This document shows positions 21,735-38,289 of a stretch of DNA of 64,000 bases, piece by piece. A model generated the notes under the pieces. That model was not told the origin of the DNA and searched no databases. It was given only the letters and a program-made list of their open reading frames with translations. The number at the start of each line of letters is the position of its first letter. Position 1 is the first letter of the stretch. The DNA comes from Alphaproteobacteria bacterium. GTDB lineage: Bacteria > Pseudomonadota > Alphaproteobacteria > UBA828. Both the position numbers and the translations under genes were made by a program. The stretch lies in NCBI GenBank assembly GCA_963422645.2, contig CAXXVO010000002.1, positions 1-64,000 on the forward strand, given 5' to 3'.

Positions 21735-22158
21735 TGCCACAGGCGATCAGCGAGGCGCCCTCGGGCAGCGCGTACTCGCCGCACTTGCGCTCCAGGAAGA
21801 GCTGGTAGAGCGCCGCCTGTACCATCGGGACCGCGGACGGCAGCTCTTCCAGGTTGATGAGCCACAGGCCGGGATCGTCCGTCGGCGGCAGGAACACCGG
21901 CGGCGCCCAGCGCGTGCGGTCGTCGCTGTCGCGCCACGGGATGCCGCGCAGATCGACGGGGTCCAGGAGGAGCGCCCGGACGTCGACATAGTTGCGGTTG
22001 GCGGCGACGGCGACCTGCCGGGCGATCATCGATTTCGCCGCTCCGGGCGGTCCCCAGACCATGGTCGGCTGGCGTGCCTCGACCAGCAGGGCGAGGACCT
22101 CGGCGAGCTCGCTGGGGCGCAGCGTGTAGTCGGCGGAGATGGTCTCGGGAAGGGTCAT
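21735..22158 (-). pseudogene. MoxR-like AAA+ ATPase, N-terminal fragment
   Basis: Walker A WGPPGAAKS, 'DPVDLRGIP', Walker B 'INLEEL'; breaks after 'LIACG'. Confidence 0.75.
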
Positions 22159-22306
22159 GGGCGTGCTCCGGATGGCTGGAACGCAGCGCCGACACCTCTC
22201 CAGGCGCCGGCCGTCACCGGAACCTCCGCGGCCCTCTGCTCGTTTTCCTGCGGGGTGTGCGGCCGGCGCGCCAGGCGGGAAACCGGCGCCGGGCCGGCGT
22301 GTACGG

Positions 22307-23122
22307 TCAGGCGCCGGTCGGGCCGGTCAGGTCTTCGTGTCCGCCGCCGGCGGGCAAGGGAACGCCTGTCACTTCCGGAAGCGGCCGGCGCGTTGGCGAC
22401 AGCGTGTGGCCGATGCGCCGCTCAAGCTCCGCGTAGGTGCGGTAGAGGTCCGGGCGGAGCTCGGCGGCCCGGCGCAGATCGGCGCGGGATGCCAGGATGC
22501 AGAAGCTGCAACTCAGCCTCGACATGCCGGCGGCGTAGGCCCAGTGCGGCGACTGGCCGGCCTCGCGGATGACGCGGAAGACCTCTTCCGTCGAAAGATG
22601 GAAGACCGGCAGCCAGTCGAAGACCTCGCGGCCCGCGACGCTCATCCGGTCGTTGCGCCGCCACGGCACCTTCCGGGCGCGCGCCGGACTTTCCTCCGCG
22701 CGCATGCCCATGGCGCTGACGATCCTGCCGAAGCGGGGATGGGTCTTCAGATAGCGGCGCAGCTCGCGCTGGATAGGTCCGGACTTGAAATCGCTAGTAC
22801 ACCAGCGCGCTGAATTCGATGGCCAGAGACCCCGTTCCTCGACCCGTTGGAGCAGCGTCTGAGCGCGCGCGACGGGCGCGAATATCAGTGGCACGCCCGC
22901 GGGCAGCGTTGCCGAGATATGCTCGATCGTGCCGGGCCACTCGACCTCGCCGAGCGGGGCGTGCACCGCCACCAGCCGGTCTCGGAGGACGATCCGCGAC
23001 AGCAGGATGGTCATGGACTGTGAGTCCTTGCCGCCCGAGTGCGACACTGCGACGAGGGCGCCCGTCCGGATCATTTCCCGGCACTCCGGAGGGATACGAA
23101 TGTCGGCGGGGTCGGCGGACAT
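22307..23122 (-). CDS. Phosphoadenosine-phosphosulfate reductase family protein (mobile-element type)
   Basis: PP-loop SGGKDS, 'RWCTSDFK', 'GMRAEES', 'SRLSCSFC'. Confidence 0.85.
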   Translation of the reverse strand: MSADPADIRIPPECREMIRTGALVAVSHSGGKDSQSMTILLSRIVLRDRLVAVHAPLGEVEWPGTIEHISATLPAGVPLIFAPVARAQTLLQRVEERGLWPSNSARWCTSDFKSGPIQRELRRYLKTHPRFGRIVSAMGMRAEESPARARKVPWRRNDRMSVAGREVFDWLPVFHLSTEEVFRVIREAGQSPHWAYAAGMSRLSCSFCILASRADLRRAAELRPDLYRTYAELERRIGHTLSPTRRPLPEVTGVPLPAGGGHEDLTGPTGA

Positions 23123-23281
23123 GGATGGGTCTCCCGGTTGGCGACGCCGGGGCCGCTCGCCGGCCTCCGGTTTCGCCCGGAAGGCGCCGCCCTCCGACTC
23201 CTCCCGTCGCGCTCCCGGCGAGGCGTCAGGTCATGGCTGTCGGGGATCGGATTCGGGTGTGCGCCGTGGTACCAGTGGGGC

Positions 23282-24139
23282 ATGTCTGAAATCGTTGTCA
23301 ATCCCGCTTCCCCGGAGAGCGCGGCGCCGCGATCGCGACGCAGTTCCCGCGCCGGCGAACGCCCACGTCGTGCGCGCCTGGCAGCCATTGCGCTCGCGGC
23401 GGCGATGAGCCTGGCGCCCGGAGTGGCGGTTGCGGACGACTACTACCTGCGCGGCGGCATCGGCCTCGACCGGCCGGGGGAGGCGGCGTTCACCGATACC
23501 GATTGCTCCGGTGCAGTTCCGGCGGCGCTCTACGGCTGCGGGACCGGCGGAGACGGCGCGCGCTTGCGGTCGGCAGGGGAATTCGGGACGGTTCCGGCGG
23601 TGGAGCTCGGGCTCGGCTACGCGACCGGAGCGATCCGCTTTGAGGCGTTGGTCGAATACCGGCCGCACTACACGTTCGAAGGCCGTGCCAATTTCCTGGC
23701 GCCGGACCGGCGGCAGGACGTGTCAGCGAAGCTGTCGTCGGTATCTGGGATGGTGGCCGGCTTTGTCGATCTTGCCGCGCTCGGGCTGCCGAAGCCCGGC
23801 CCCTTCGCGCCGTTCATCGGCGCTGGCGTCGGCGCCGTGCATACCCGCATCGGCAACACCACCATGACCTTTCCGGCCACGACCACGACCGTGCCGGGCG
23901 GGAGCCGGACGGGGCTGGCCTGGATGGCGACGGCAGGGGTCGCGGTGGCCCTGGACGAGCGCGTCGTGCTCGATCTGGCCTGGCGCTACAGCGACCTTGG
24001 CGAGGTGCGCACGCCGCGGGGTCCGGGCCGGGTGGTGTGGCGCGACGGGAGCCGGGAGCCGCTGCCGCTCGATCTGGCGCCGACGAAGGCGCGGCTGAAG
24101 GGCCACGGAGTCCGGCTGTCGCTGCGCTACGCCTTCTGA
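23282..24139 (+). CDS. Outer-membrane beta-barrel protein (opacity/Ail-like)
   Basis: Signal peptide ending AVA-DD; 'PFIGAGVG', 'LAWMATAGVAV', 'DLAWRYSDLG'; C-terminal LRYAF. Confidence 0.8.
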   Translation: MSEIVVNPASPESAAPRSRRSSRAGERPRRARLAAIALAAAMSLAPGVAVADDYYLRGGIGLDRPGEAAFTDTDCSGAVPAALYGCGTGGDGARLRSAGEFGTVPAVELGLGYATGAIRFEALVEYRPHYTFEGRANFLAPDRRQDVSAKLSSVSGMVAGFVDLAALGLPKPGPFAPFIGAGVGAVHTRIGNTTMTFPATTTTVPGGSRTGLAWMATAGVAVALDERVVLDLAWRYSDLGEVRTPRGPGRVVWRDGSREPLPLDLAPTKARLKGHGVRLSLRYAF

Positions 24140-24303
24140 GCGTTCGGCGCGGCCATCGGGCGCGGGACGGGGCTTGCGCGCCGCGGGCCGGCGGCGCGGG
24201 GTCGGTCGCAATCCCGGACACGGTTCTGGCGGCCGGCGCGTCCGCCTGAGAAAGCGGATGTCCCGGGGCGGGTTTCCTGGGCGAGGAAAGCGGACAGAGC
24301 GGT

Positions 24304-27300
24304 TTGGCGACCTTCGCAACGTCTGACATCGAGCACGCGGTCGGAGAAAGCTCTTACCTGCGGGGGCTGGACTATTTCCGGCGCGGCATGTGCGTTCGGT
24401 CAAGTTTGGAGAACCCGGCCGGATCCACGGCGAGGTTTCGGGCAGCCGGCCCGAGCCCTATACGGTCGTGGCGAGGTACGAATCGGGCAGCGGCGACAAG
24501 CTGGTTCCGGTCGGGGGGCACTGTTCCTGCCCGGTGGGCCACAACTGCAAGCACACGGCCGCCGTGCTGCTGGCCGCCCGGTATCTCTCGCCGGAGGCGC
24601 GCCACATCGCCGACGGGAGCGCCGACGGGAGCGCCGACGAGAGCGTGTCCGGGGACGTGCGCCGCTGGCTGGACGACTGGCCCGGGTCGGCCAAGGCAAG
24701 TCCGGACGCCCGCCCGCCAGGTCCGCCCGAGCCCGGTCGGGACCATCTGTTCTACGTCGTCCACCGCGACGAGACGGGCGGCATGCGCATCGATCCCTGG
24801 CGCGCCTATCTGAAGAAGGACGGCGAGATCGGCCGGAATGTCCGGGAGTACCGCGAGGGAACGGCGTCCGCGGAGGGCGGGTTCGCGACCGCGGAAGACG
24901 CCGCATTCCTGGGCCGGCTCGGCCATTACCGGAGGGGCATCTGGCCCCTGCGCTACGACTGGCCGGAGGGCGACGAGCTGGTCGCGCTGGTGCGCGGAAT
25001 CGTCGAGACCGGGCGGACGCGGGCCGACGACGTCCGCGGCATGGCGCTTTCGTGGGCGGCGCCGCGGCGCTGCGAACTCGCCTGGGAGGTCGACGGGGCC
25101 GGCCGGCAGCGGGTCGCGGCGCGCGACGATGCGGGCGCGCGGCTGACGCTGCTGCCCTTCCCGACCCCGCTCTTCCTGGACCCGGAGACCGGCGAAATCG
25201 GCGCCGCGGAAACCGGCCTGCCGGCGCGACTGGCAGCATGGTTCGCGGCCGCGCCGCCGGTCGAGCGCGGGTCGATCGATGCGGTCGCGGCGAAACTGTC
25301 CCGGATCGGCCGGCACGCGCCGGTGCCGAAGCCGCACCGGGTCGAGGAACGGAACGATATCCGGCCGGAGCCGGTCCTGAAGCTGTTCGGCTGCGAGCAC
25401 CGGCCGATGCGATACGCCCACGACGGCAGGCGGCTCGTCAGCGTGGGCCGTGGCGATGCCGTCTTCTATCCCTGCGCCCGGCTGGAAGTCGTCTATCCGG
25501 GCGCCGGGGGCCGGCTGCGCGCCGGACAGGGAGACGACATCGCGGTAAAGGACGGAAACCGCTACGCGATCGTCCGGCGCGACCGGGCGCGCGAAGCGGG
25601 GTTCCTGGAAACCCTGCGGGAAGCGGCAAGGCCTCATGCCTGGTCGGACGGCGAACGGCTGCGCGACGGCCTGGGCGGGCAGGACGAGGTTCCGGACGCC
25701 GATATCGTGTTCCCGCCCCCCGGCAGCGGGGAAGACGATGCGAGCGGGGCCGGGGAGGGCTTCGCCGCCAGGGCGGTGCCGTGGCTGCGGGCCGCGGGCT
25801 GGCGTATCGAGGTCGACGGGTCATGGCCGTTCCGGCTGCACGATGGGCCGGTCGCGTTCTCGACCGCGCTGGAAGACGCGGAGAACGACTGGTTCTCGCT
25901 CCGCCTCTCGCTGGAGGCGGACGGAAAGAAGTTCGACGTGGCGCCGATCGTGCTGCAGCTGGTCGCGCAGCTTCCCGTCGACGAATGGGGCCGGCTGGAG
26001 GCGGGGTTCGACGTCGAGCGCCATCTGGTCGGCAGAAGCTTCCAGGTCCGGCTGGACGACGGCAGCTGGGTCGTGCTGGATGCGATACGGTTCGCGCCAT
26101 TTGCCGAGGCCTTTCTGGAAGCCCAGGGGCTGCTGGACTTTCACCGCGCCGATGCGGGCCGGCTGTTCGCGCTGGCCGAGGCGCTTGAGGGAAGCGGCGC
26201 GCTCTGGACCGGCGGGCGGGAGATCCTCGATCTGGGCGCCCGGCTGCGGGCGCTGGCCGAGGCGCCGGAGGAGGAGCCGCCCGCCTCGCTGAAGGGAGAG
26301 CTGCGTCCCTACCAGCGCACCGGCTACGGCTGGCTGAAGGCGCTCTCGGAGAGCGGCTTCGGCGGGGTGCTGGCCGACGACATGGGTCTCGGCAAGACCG
26401 TGCAGACCCTCGCCCTGCTGGGGCACCGGCATCTGGAGGAGAAGGCGGACCGGCCGAGCCTGCCGGTGGTGCCGACGAGCCTGGTCGGCAACTGGCGGCG
26501 CGAGGCCGCGCGCTTCGTGCCCGATCTGAAGCTGCTGGTGCTGCACGGCCCCGACCGGCGGCGACGGTTTGCGGAGATTGCGGGTCATCACCTGATCGTC
26601 ACGACCTATCCGCTGCTTGATCGGGACGGCGATGCGCTGTTCGACCGCGACTACGAGATCGCGGTGCTGGACGAGGCCCAGGCGGTGAAGAATCCTGCCT
26701 CGGCGCTCGCGAAGCGCATCCGGGAGATCCGCGCGCGCCAGCGGCTGGCGCTGACCGGGACGCCGCTGGAGAACAGCCTCCAGGAGCTGTGGGCACTCTA
26801 CGACTGGCTCGTGCCGGGCCTGCTCGGCAACCGCAAGAAGTTCACCACGGAGTTCCGCACGCCCATCGAGAAGCACGGCGACCGCGCCCGGCAGCGGCTG
26901 CTGGCGGCCCGGGTGAAGCCCTTCCTGATGCGGCGCACCAAGGAGGAGGTCGCCCCCGAGCTGCCGGAAAGGACGGTGATAGACGAGACGATCCCGCTCG
27001 AAGGCGCCCAGGCCGCGCTCTACGAGAGCATCCGGGCGACCATGGACAGGCAGGTCCGTGAGGCGATCGCCGGGAAAGGCATCGCGGCATCGCAGACGGC
27101 GATATTCGAGGCGCTGCTCAATCTGCGCCAGGTCTGCTGCGATCCGGGGCTGGTGAAGCTGGCCGCGGCCCGCAAGGTCACCGCGAGCGCCAAGCGGGCG
27201 CGGCTTCTCGCGCTGCTCGAGGAGCTGGTCGCCGAGGGGCGCAGGGTGCTGGTCTTCTCCCAGTTCGTGGAGATGCTGAAGCTGATCGAGCGGGATATCG

Positions 27301-27719
27301 CGGCGCGCGGCTGGGGCTACGCCATGCTGCACGGCTCGACGAAGGACCGGGACGGCCAGGTCGCGGCCTTTCAGTCCGGCGACCTGCCGCTGTTCCTGGC
27401 GAGCCTGAAGGCCGGCGGCACCGGCCTCAACCTCACGGCCGCCGACACGGTGATCGTCTACGATCCCTGGTGGAACCCGGCGGCGGAGCGCCAGGCCATG
27501 GACCGGGCGCACCGGATCGGCCAGGACAAGCCGGTCTTCGTGCACCGCCTGATCGCCGAGAATACCGTCGAGGCCGCCATCCAGCGCATGCAGGCGCGCA
27601 AGCAGGGCCTGGCGGACGCGCTGTTCGAAGGCACGGGCCGGGGGCCGCTGGGGCTGACGGGCGAGGATATCGACGCGCTGTTCGGGCCGGCGCAAACGGG
27701 CTCCCCTGCCGGCCCGTGA
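24304..27719 (+). CDS. SWIM zinc-finger SNF2-family helicase; frameshift near 24390
   Basis: CSCPVGHNCKH; LADDMGLGKT, DEAQ, LTGTP, FSQF, GGTGLNL, DPWWNPA, QAMDRAHRIGQ. Confidence 0.9.
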
Positions 27720-27758
27720 ACGCGGTAGAAGAGTACCGCGGGGACGGGGAGACGGGGA

Positions 27759-27992
27759 ATGGAGCAGACGACTGAGCGCCGCTGGCACGAGGTCTGGAGG
27801 GAGCGGTGCGAGGCGGCCGAGACCATCCGGCTCAGACACGGCGTCGGGTCGACATTCGACTATGTCGTCGGGGAGAAGCTGCTCACCTTCGCGGCGGCAG
27901 CGGAGGAACATCCCGAGTTCGCGCGGGCATTGCCGCAGTTCGTCTCGGAGCTCAGACGCATCCTGACTTCGACGATTGATTCGCGTAAGTAG
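27759..27992 (+). CDS. Small hypothetical protein, possibly truncated
   Basis: RBS-like GGGGA before ATG; plausible helical sequence directly after the SNF2 gene. Confidence 0.45.
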   Translation: MEQTTERRWHEVWRERCEAAETIRLRHGVGSTFDYVVGEKLLTFAAAAEEHPEFARALPQFVSELRRILTSTIDSRK

Positions 27993-28043
27993 TTGATATT
28001 GACCGGTTCTCATTTCCGGCTAGGCACTACATCCGGCAGTGCT

Positions 28044-33256
<5,213 letters not shown>

Positions 33257-33393
33257 CTCACTGGGACCGGCGCCGACTGGTGCCGGGCCGTTGCAGACAT
33301 CGCACGGGTTAAGTGAGAAGCCCCCACTTATTCGCCAAGCGTGGGGAGCGACCCCTCGCCGGATAGCAGGCTGTTGTATTCAGCGGGCGACCC

Positions 33394-34649
33394 GGGGCTT
33401 ATAGACTAGAGTAACCACGACTCCGATCAGGTATTTTCGTCGTATTCGATCCTCACGTCGCACACGACGGCACGCAGGAGATCCTCGGGCGTGGTGTCGA
33501 TGCCGATGTCTTCCTCCATCTCCGCCTTGCTCGGCTGGTAGGAGGAGGGCTTGAGCCGGACCGCCGGCTTGTCCTTGATCGTCTCCATCCGGGTTCTCGC
33601 TTCCCCGTGCTGCTACGACGCGGTCAGGTCGGCATAGCTGATCCGCCGCCCGATCATGCCCCGTACGATATTCCCCATCTGGTCGAGCGTGTCGGCCTGC
33701 CGGTCGTTGTGCCGGCCCGCGAACTCCGTCACATAGCGATCCATGTGCTTCGGGCTGATCTTGTGGAATGTCCCCGTATGGGCTCGCTTGAGCATCGCCC
33801 AGAACGACTCGATGCCCTGCGTTCCCGCGTCGCCCCGCACATACTCGCCCTTCGAGTGGTTGACGCTCTCGTGATCGTGGAAGATCAACCCGAGCCAGGA
33901 CGCGTGCTCGTCGGTGTAGACCTTGGCGTCGGCGACGACCCGGTCCTCGACGAAGCTCTGGAGCGTCCAGCCGTCCATGCCCTCGACCACGGCCGCGCTC
34001 ACCTTGTTCGTCCGTCGATCCCTGGCGCCGGCGACGATGGTCTTGCCCGCGAGGGAACCGGCGCCCTTCATCGCCTCGCGCCTGGACTTCGGCATGTTCT
34101 TGCGCTTGCCGCCGATATAGGCCTCGTCGGCCTCGACCGGACCGGCGAACGGATCGCCGACCTCCTTCCACGCCTCGCGAATGCGGTGTGCGAGATACCA
34201 CGCGGACTTCTGGCCGATGCCCAGGTCGCGGTGGAGCTTCATCGACGAAACCCCCTTGAGGTTCGTCGCCACCAGGTAGATCGCGGCGAGCCATGTTCGA
34301 TAGCCGAGCGGCGAGCCCTGCATCACCGTCCCGGTCTTGAGCGAGAACATGCGCCGCTTCGGGCAGTCGCGGCACCGATGCGTCATGGTCGGATGCGCGA
34401 TGCCGCACTGGATATTGCGAGAGCCGCAGTGCGGGCAGTACGGCCCATCCGGCCAGCGCTCCGCCGTGAACCATGCCTCGGCCGCCTCGTCGGTCGGAAA
34501 CATCCGGAAGAGCCGGTCCAGAGACAGACCCTCGCGATATGACTTCCCCGGCCCCTTGCTCATCGATCCTGTCGCCATCCTGTTACTCTATTGTAAATGA
34601 CGGGATCGCAACACAGAAGCCAGAATTGTTACTCTAGTCTATAAGCCCC
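33394..34649 (-). mobile_element. IS1595-family element (tnp 33613-34578)
   Basis: Perfect 22-bp TIR GGGGCTTATAGACTAGAGTAAC; 8-bp TSD GGCGACCC; Zn ribbon CPHC..CRDC, VEADEAY, YTDE, IESFW. Confidence 0.95.
33427..33588 (-). CDS. 53-aa passenger ORF inside IS1595
   Basis: METIKDKPAVRLKPSSYQPSKAEMEEDIGIDTTPEDLLRAVVCDVRIEYDENT*, downstream of tnp and inside the TIRs. Confidence 0.55.
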   Translation of the reverse strand: METIKDKPAVRLKPSSYQPSKAEMEEDIGIDTTPEDLLRAVVCDVRIEYDENT

Positions 34650-34738
34650 GGCGACCCGACTCAGCGGGACCCGTTCGATGTCTGCAATATCGATTAGAGC
34701 ACAGCCGCCCCGACAGTGGTAGCTATTGCCTCAGGTAT

Positions 34739-36010
34739 CAGGGCGAATTTATTGTCCGCCCGTCGAGCAGGGTGAGCTGAAGTCGGGTCTGGCCATTCCG
34801 TTCTCGATGTGGCAGTGTGCCGCTCATGGCGACGCTGCCGGTCCCAGGTTCGTTCATTGATCTGCGCGCGGTCACGGTGCGCCCGACCTGGGGGGGCGCA
34901 GGAGCACCGGCGCTGGGACCGGTTGGTGGAGCAGCACCACTACCTGCGGTTCCACGGCGTCATCGGCAAGGGCCTGCGCCATGTCGCGGTGCATGGCGAG
35001 ACTTGGCTCGCACTGATCGGCTGGCAGCCCGGCGCGTTCAAGCTGGCCGCGCGCGATCGCTGGATCGGGTGGTCGGCGGAGCAGCAGTTCAAGCGCCTTC
35101 ATCTGATCGCCAACAACTCGCGCTTCGTCATCCTGACTGCGCACCGGGTTCCGAACCTGGCCTCGCGGGTGCTGGGGCTGAGCCTGCGGCGGCTGTCTGC
35201 GGATATGCAGGCGGTGCATGGATATCCGGTCTTTCTGGCGGAGACGTTCGTGGATGTCTCGCGATTTGCCGGCACCTGCTACCGCGCGGCCAACTGGCGC
35301 TCGCTGGGGCTGACGCGCGGCTTCGCCCGCGAGCCCGGCGGGGCGGCGCGCTGGCGCCACCACGGCCAGCCCAAGGAGGTCTTCGTGTTCGAACTGACCG
35401 ACGGCGCCGACTGTGCGCTGAGCCGGCCCGAGATGCCGGCACACTGGAACGCCGAGCAACACACCGAGCCGATGGCCGCGCCCCGGCTGCGCAGTCTGTT
35501 CGAGTGTCTGGGCGAGGTGCCCGAGTACCGCCACGCCCGAGGCAAGCGCTATCCGCTCAACACCATTCTGACGCTTGCCGTCGCCGCCCGGCTTGCCGGA
35601 TACCGGGGGGTGAACGCATTCGCCCAGTTCGCCGCCCTGCTCTCCCAGGAGCAGCTCGAGGCGGTGGGCGCCTTCTGGAGCCCTTCCAAACAGCGCTACA
35701 CCCCGCCCGCGATCACCACCTTCCACAACGTCCTTGCCGCGCTTCCGCCAGAGACCCTGGACGACGCCATCGGCCAGTGGACCGGACAGCATGGCAGCGC
35801 GCACGCGCCCGTCGCCATGGACGGAAAGGACCTGCGCGGCGCCTCGAAACAGACCGAGGACGGGCGCAGGATGATGGTCGCGGCGGTGGAGCATGACAGC
35901 GGCGTGGTCCTCGGCCAGGTCGAGGTCGACAGCAAGAGCAACGAAATCCCGGCCGTGCGCGAACTCTCCGGCAGTCTCGACCTCACCGGCCGCATCGTCA
36001 CCATGGATGG
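34739..36010 (+). mobile_element. ISAs1-family element with a DUF4338-fused transposase; frameshift in a G-run at ~34890; 3'-truncated
   Basis: CAGGG end; DUF4338 'HHYL...ARDRWIGW...ANNSRF...ETFVD...GTCYRAANW'; ISAs1 'AMDGKDLRG', 'KSNEIPA'. Confidence 0.8.
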
Positions 36011-36155
36011 ATGGATGCGGACGTGGCTGGAACCCTTGGCGCAAGCGAACCTGGGCGTCCCTCGGCGTCCACGCCGCGTGGCAGAGCGTCCGGTATCAAC
36101 GCAGGGGATCAGCGGACAACACCAGGGCCATCGGAGCAGAGGCGGTGTGATGACC

Positions 36156-37725
36156 GTAACCATCCGCCGAAGACCGCGGGGTATTTGGGGCTGAGTTTGA
36201 CGGCGGGCAGTGCCGGTTGAAGCGCAGGGGTCTCGGCCTATGCAGCCTGATCGTGCCGCTGGCTGTCTTGCCAGTTCCAGGGAAGGAGTTCTTCGAGCCG
36301 GGTCTGCGGCGTCTCCGCGATCCGGCCGAGCACGTCGGCGAGCCAGGCCTGCGGATCGACGTCGTTAGCTTGGCGGTGCCGATGAGGGTGTAGATCGCCG
36401 CCGCGCGCAGGCCGCCGCGGTCGGAGCCGCAGAACAGCCACGACTTTCGGCCCAAAGCGATACCCCTGAGCGCCCTCTCGGCGGCGTTGTTCGTCAGGCA
36501 GATCCGGCCGTCGTCGAGGAAGCGGGCGAACAGCTCCCAGCGCCGGAGCATGTAATCCATCGCCTTGGCCACGGGGGAATGGCGCGACAGCTTCCTGCGC
36601 TCGGCCTGCATCCAGTTCTTGAGATCGGCCAGCACCGGCGCGCTGAGCTCCTTGCGTACGGCAAGGCGATGTTCGGCGGAGTCGCCGACGATCCCGCGCT
36701 CGATGTCGAACAGCACGTCGATCCGCTTCACCGCCTCCAGCGCCGGCGGCGAGATCGGCGGCGCGGTCTTGCCCCGTCGCTTGCTCGTCGCGATGTCGGC
36801 GAGCTCGTAGAACTTCCTCCGTGAATGCGCCCAGCAAGCCCCGCCGATGATGGGCCCAGGCGATCTCCCGGCCACATAGAGGGCGTTGTAGCCGGCGTAG
36901 ATGTCGGCCTGGAGGATGCCGGCGAACGTCTTCAGGTGTTCGACCGGGTGATCGCCGGAACGGTCCCGCGAGTAGCGGAACAGCGCCGCCGGCGGGTCCG
37001 GGCCGCCGAACGGCCTGTCGTCGCGGACATAGACCCACGCCCGGCCGGTGGCGCACTTGCCCTTGGCCAGCACCGGCACCGGGGTGTCGTCGCCGTGCAC
37101 GCGCGCCGCCGCCATGACATGGGCCTCGATCAGATCATGCAGCGGCTTCAGCGCCACCGTGCAGGCGCCGACCTGGTCGGCCAGGGTCGACAGGCTGAGA
37201 TCGACGCCTTCGCGCGCGTAGCGGTCGCGTTGCCGGTTCAACGGCTGGTGCTGGCCATACTTCTCGAACAGGATCATCGCCAGCAGGTTGGGCCCCGCCC
37301 AGCCACGCGGCGTCGCATGAAACGGCGCCGGCGGCTGGCTGATCTTCTCGCAACGCCGGCAGGTGAACTTCTCGCGCACCGTCTGGATCACCTTCCACTG
37401 GCGCGGGACCGCCTCCAGCGTCTCGGTCACGTCCTCGCCGATCTTCGACAGCTTGTCCGAGCCGCAGCACGTGCAGGTCACAGGCCCCGGCACTACCACC
37501 CGCTCGCGCGGAAGATGCGCAGGCAAGGGCTTGCGGACCGGCTTGCGGCGGCTGAACCCCTTGACCCCGGTGGTCTCCGCCGCCGCCTGCTCGGCCGCAA
37601 GCTCGTCCTCGGTCGCGCTTGCCTCGAGCTCGTCGAGCTGGAGCTCCAGCTGGTCGAGAAGCCGCTGCTTGCGCTCCGAGCGCCAGCCATACATCTCGCG
37701 CCGCAGCTTCTCGATGGTAAGCTTG
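36156..37725 (-). mobile_element. IS66 tnpC (5'-truncated, frameshift at ~36370) and right end
   Basis: 'YGWRSER', 'EKYGQHQPLNRQ', HGDDT, CWAHSRR; end GTAACCATCCGCCG. Confidence 0.88.
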
Positions 37726-38289
37726 AGGAACGCGTGTTGATGACGGTCTAAACCCGCGTTTATTCGCTTTTTTGGGGGCGCGTGATTTTGGTGGCGGCGT
37801 GGTTGACGGGTTTATGTTCCCGATGAATTGACCGCTTCTGTTGTTGCTGGACCTGTGGGGAAGTGGTCAGGCGCGGAGCGGCTGTCCACTTGTCCACAGG
37901 CCTCTTGCCGTCGCCCGCTTTTCCCAGCTTCGCCCAACTTCGTACACCTGACATCGAGATCGCCGGGGGTAGACTCGGACCGCTGAGAACGATGCGGCGC
38001 CGGCCCCGTTTGCTTGCCAGCAAGTGCCGACGCCGCACCCCGCGAGCCATGCCGTGCACGGCTCAGATGCACAGTATCGTGCGGGATTTAGCGGGGGTCG
38101 AGCCCGTTATCATCGACCGCCGCGATGCAGAACCTCGGCCGCCTGTTCCACTGTCTGAACCGCTCCGGCTTTCCCGGAGGCTCCATCTTCAGACTTCCTG
38201 ACCTCGTGATGCTGGCTGTTCTGGGCAGCGTGCCGGGAACTCCTTGAATTCTGATACATTTCGGTTGTTTCAGGCGGTTTTTCGCTGAT

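Larger units (their letters stand above)
33291..34687. repeat. 19-bp inverted repeat pair (33291-33309 / 34669-34687) upstream of the S8 gene
   Basis: TTGCAGACATCGCACGGGT versus reverse complement TTGCAGACATCGAACGGGT, 1 mismatch. Confidence 0.75.

Noticed and set aside
18903-21740. 945-aa ORF and many other long Arg/Pro/Ala-rich ORFs
   Set aside because: Shadow or alternate-frame ORFs typical of high-GC DNA, overlapping genes with clear motifs
22307-23122. PAPS reductase as DndC/SspD of a phosphorothioate system
   Set aside because: No other dnd/ssp genes nearby; it sits in ICE backbone context
24609-24644. 12-bp tandem repeat GCCGACGGGAGC x3
   Set aside because: In-frame linker repeat (ADGS) within the SNF2 gene; no spacers, so not CRISPR
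27983-28035. Possible att site or tRNA 3' remnant (TAAGTAGTTGATATT...GGCACTACA)
   Set aside because: No convincing T-arm or CCA and no second copy in the window
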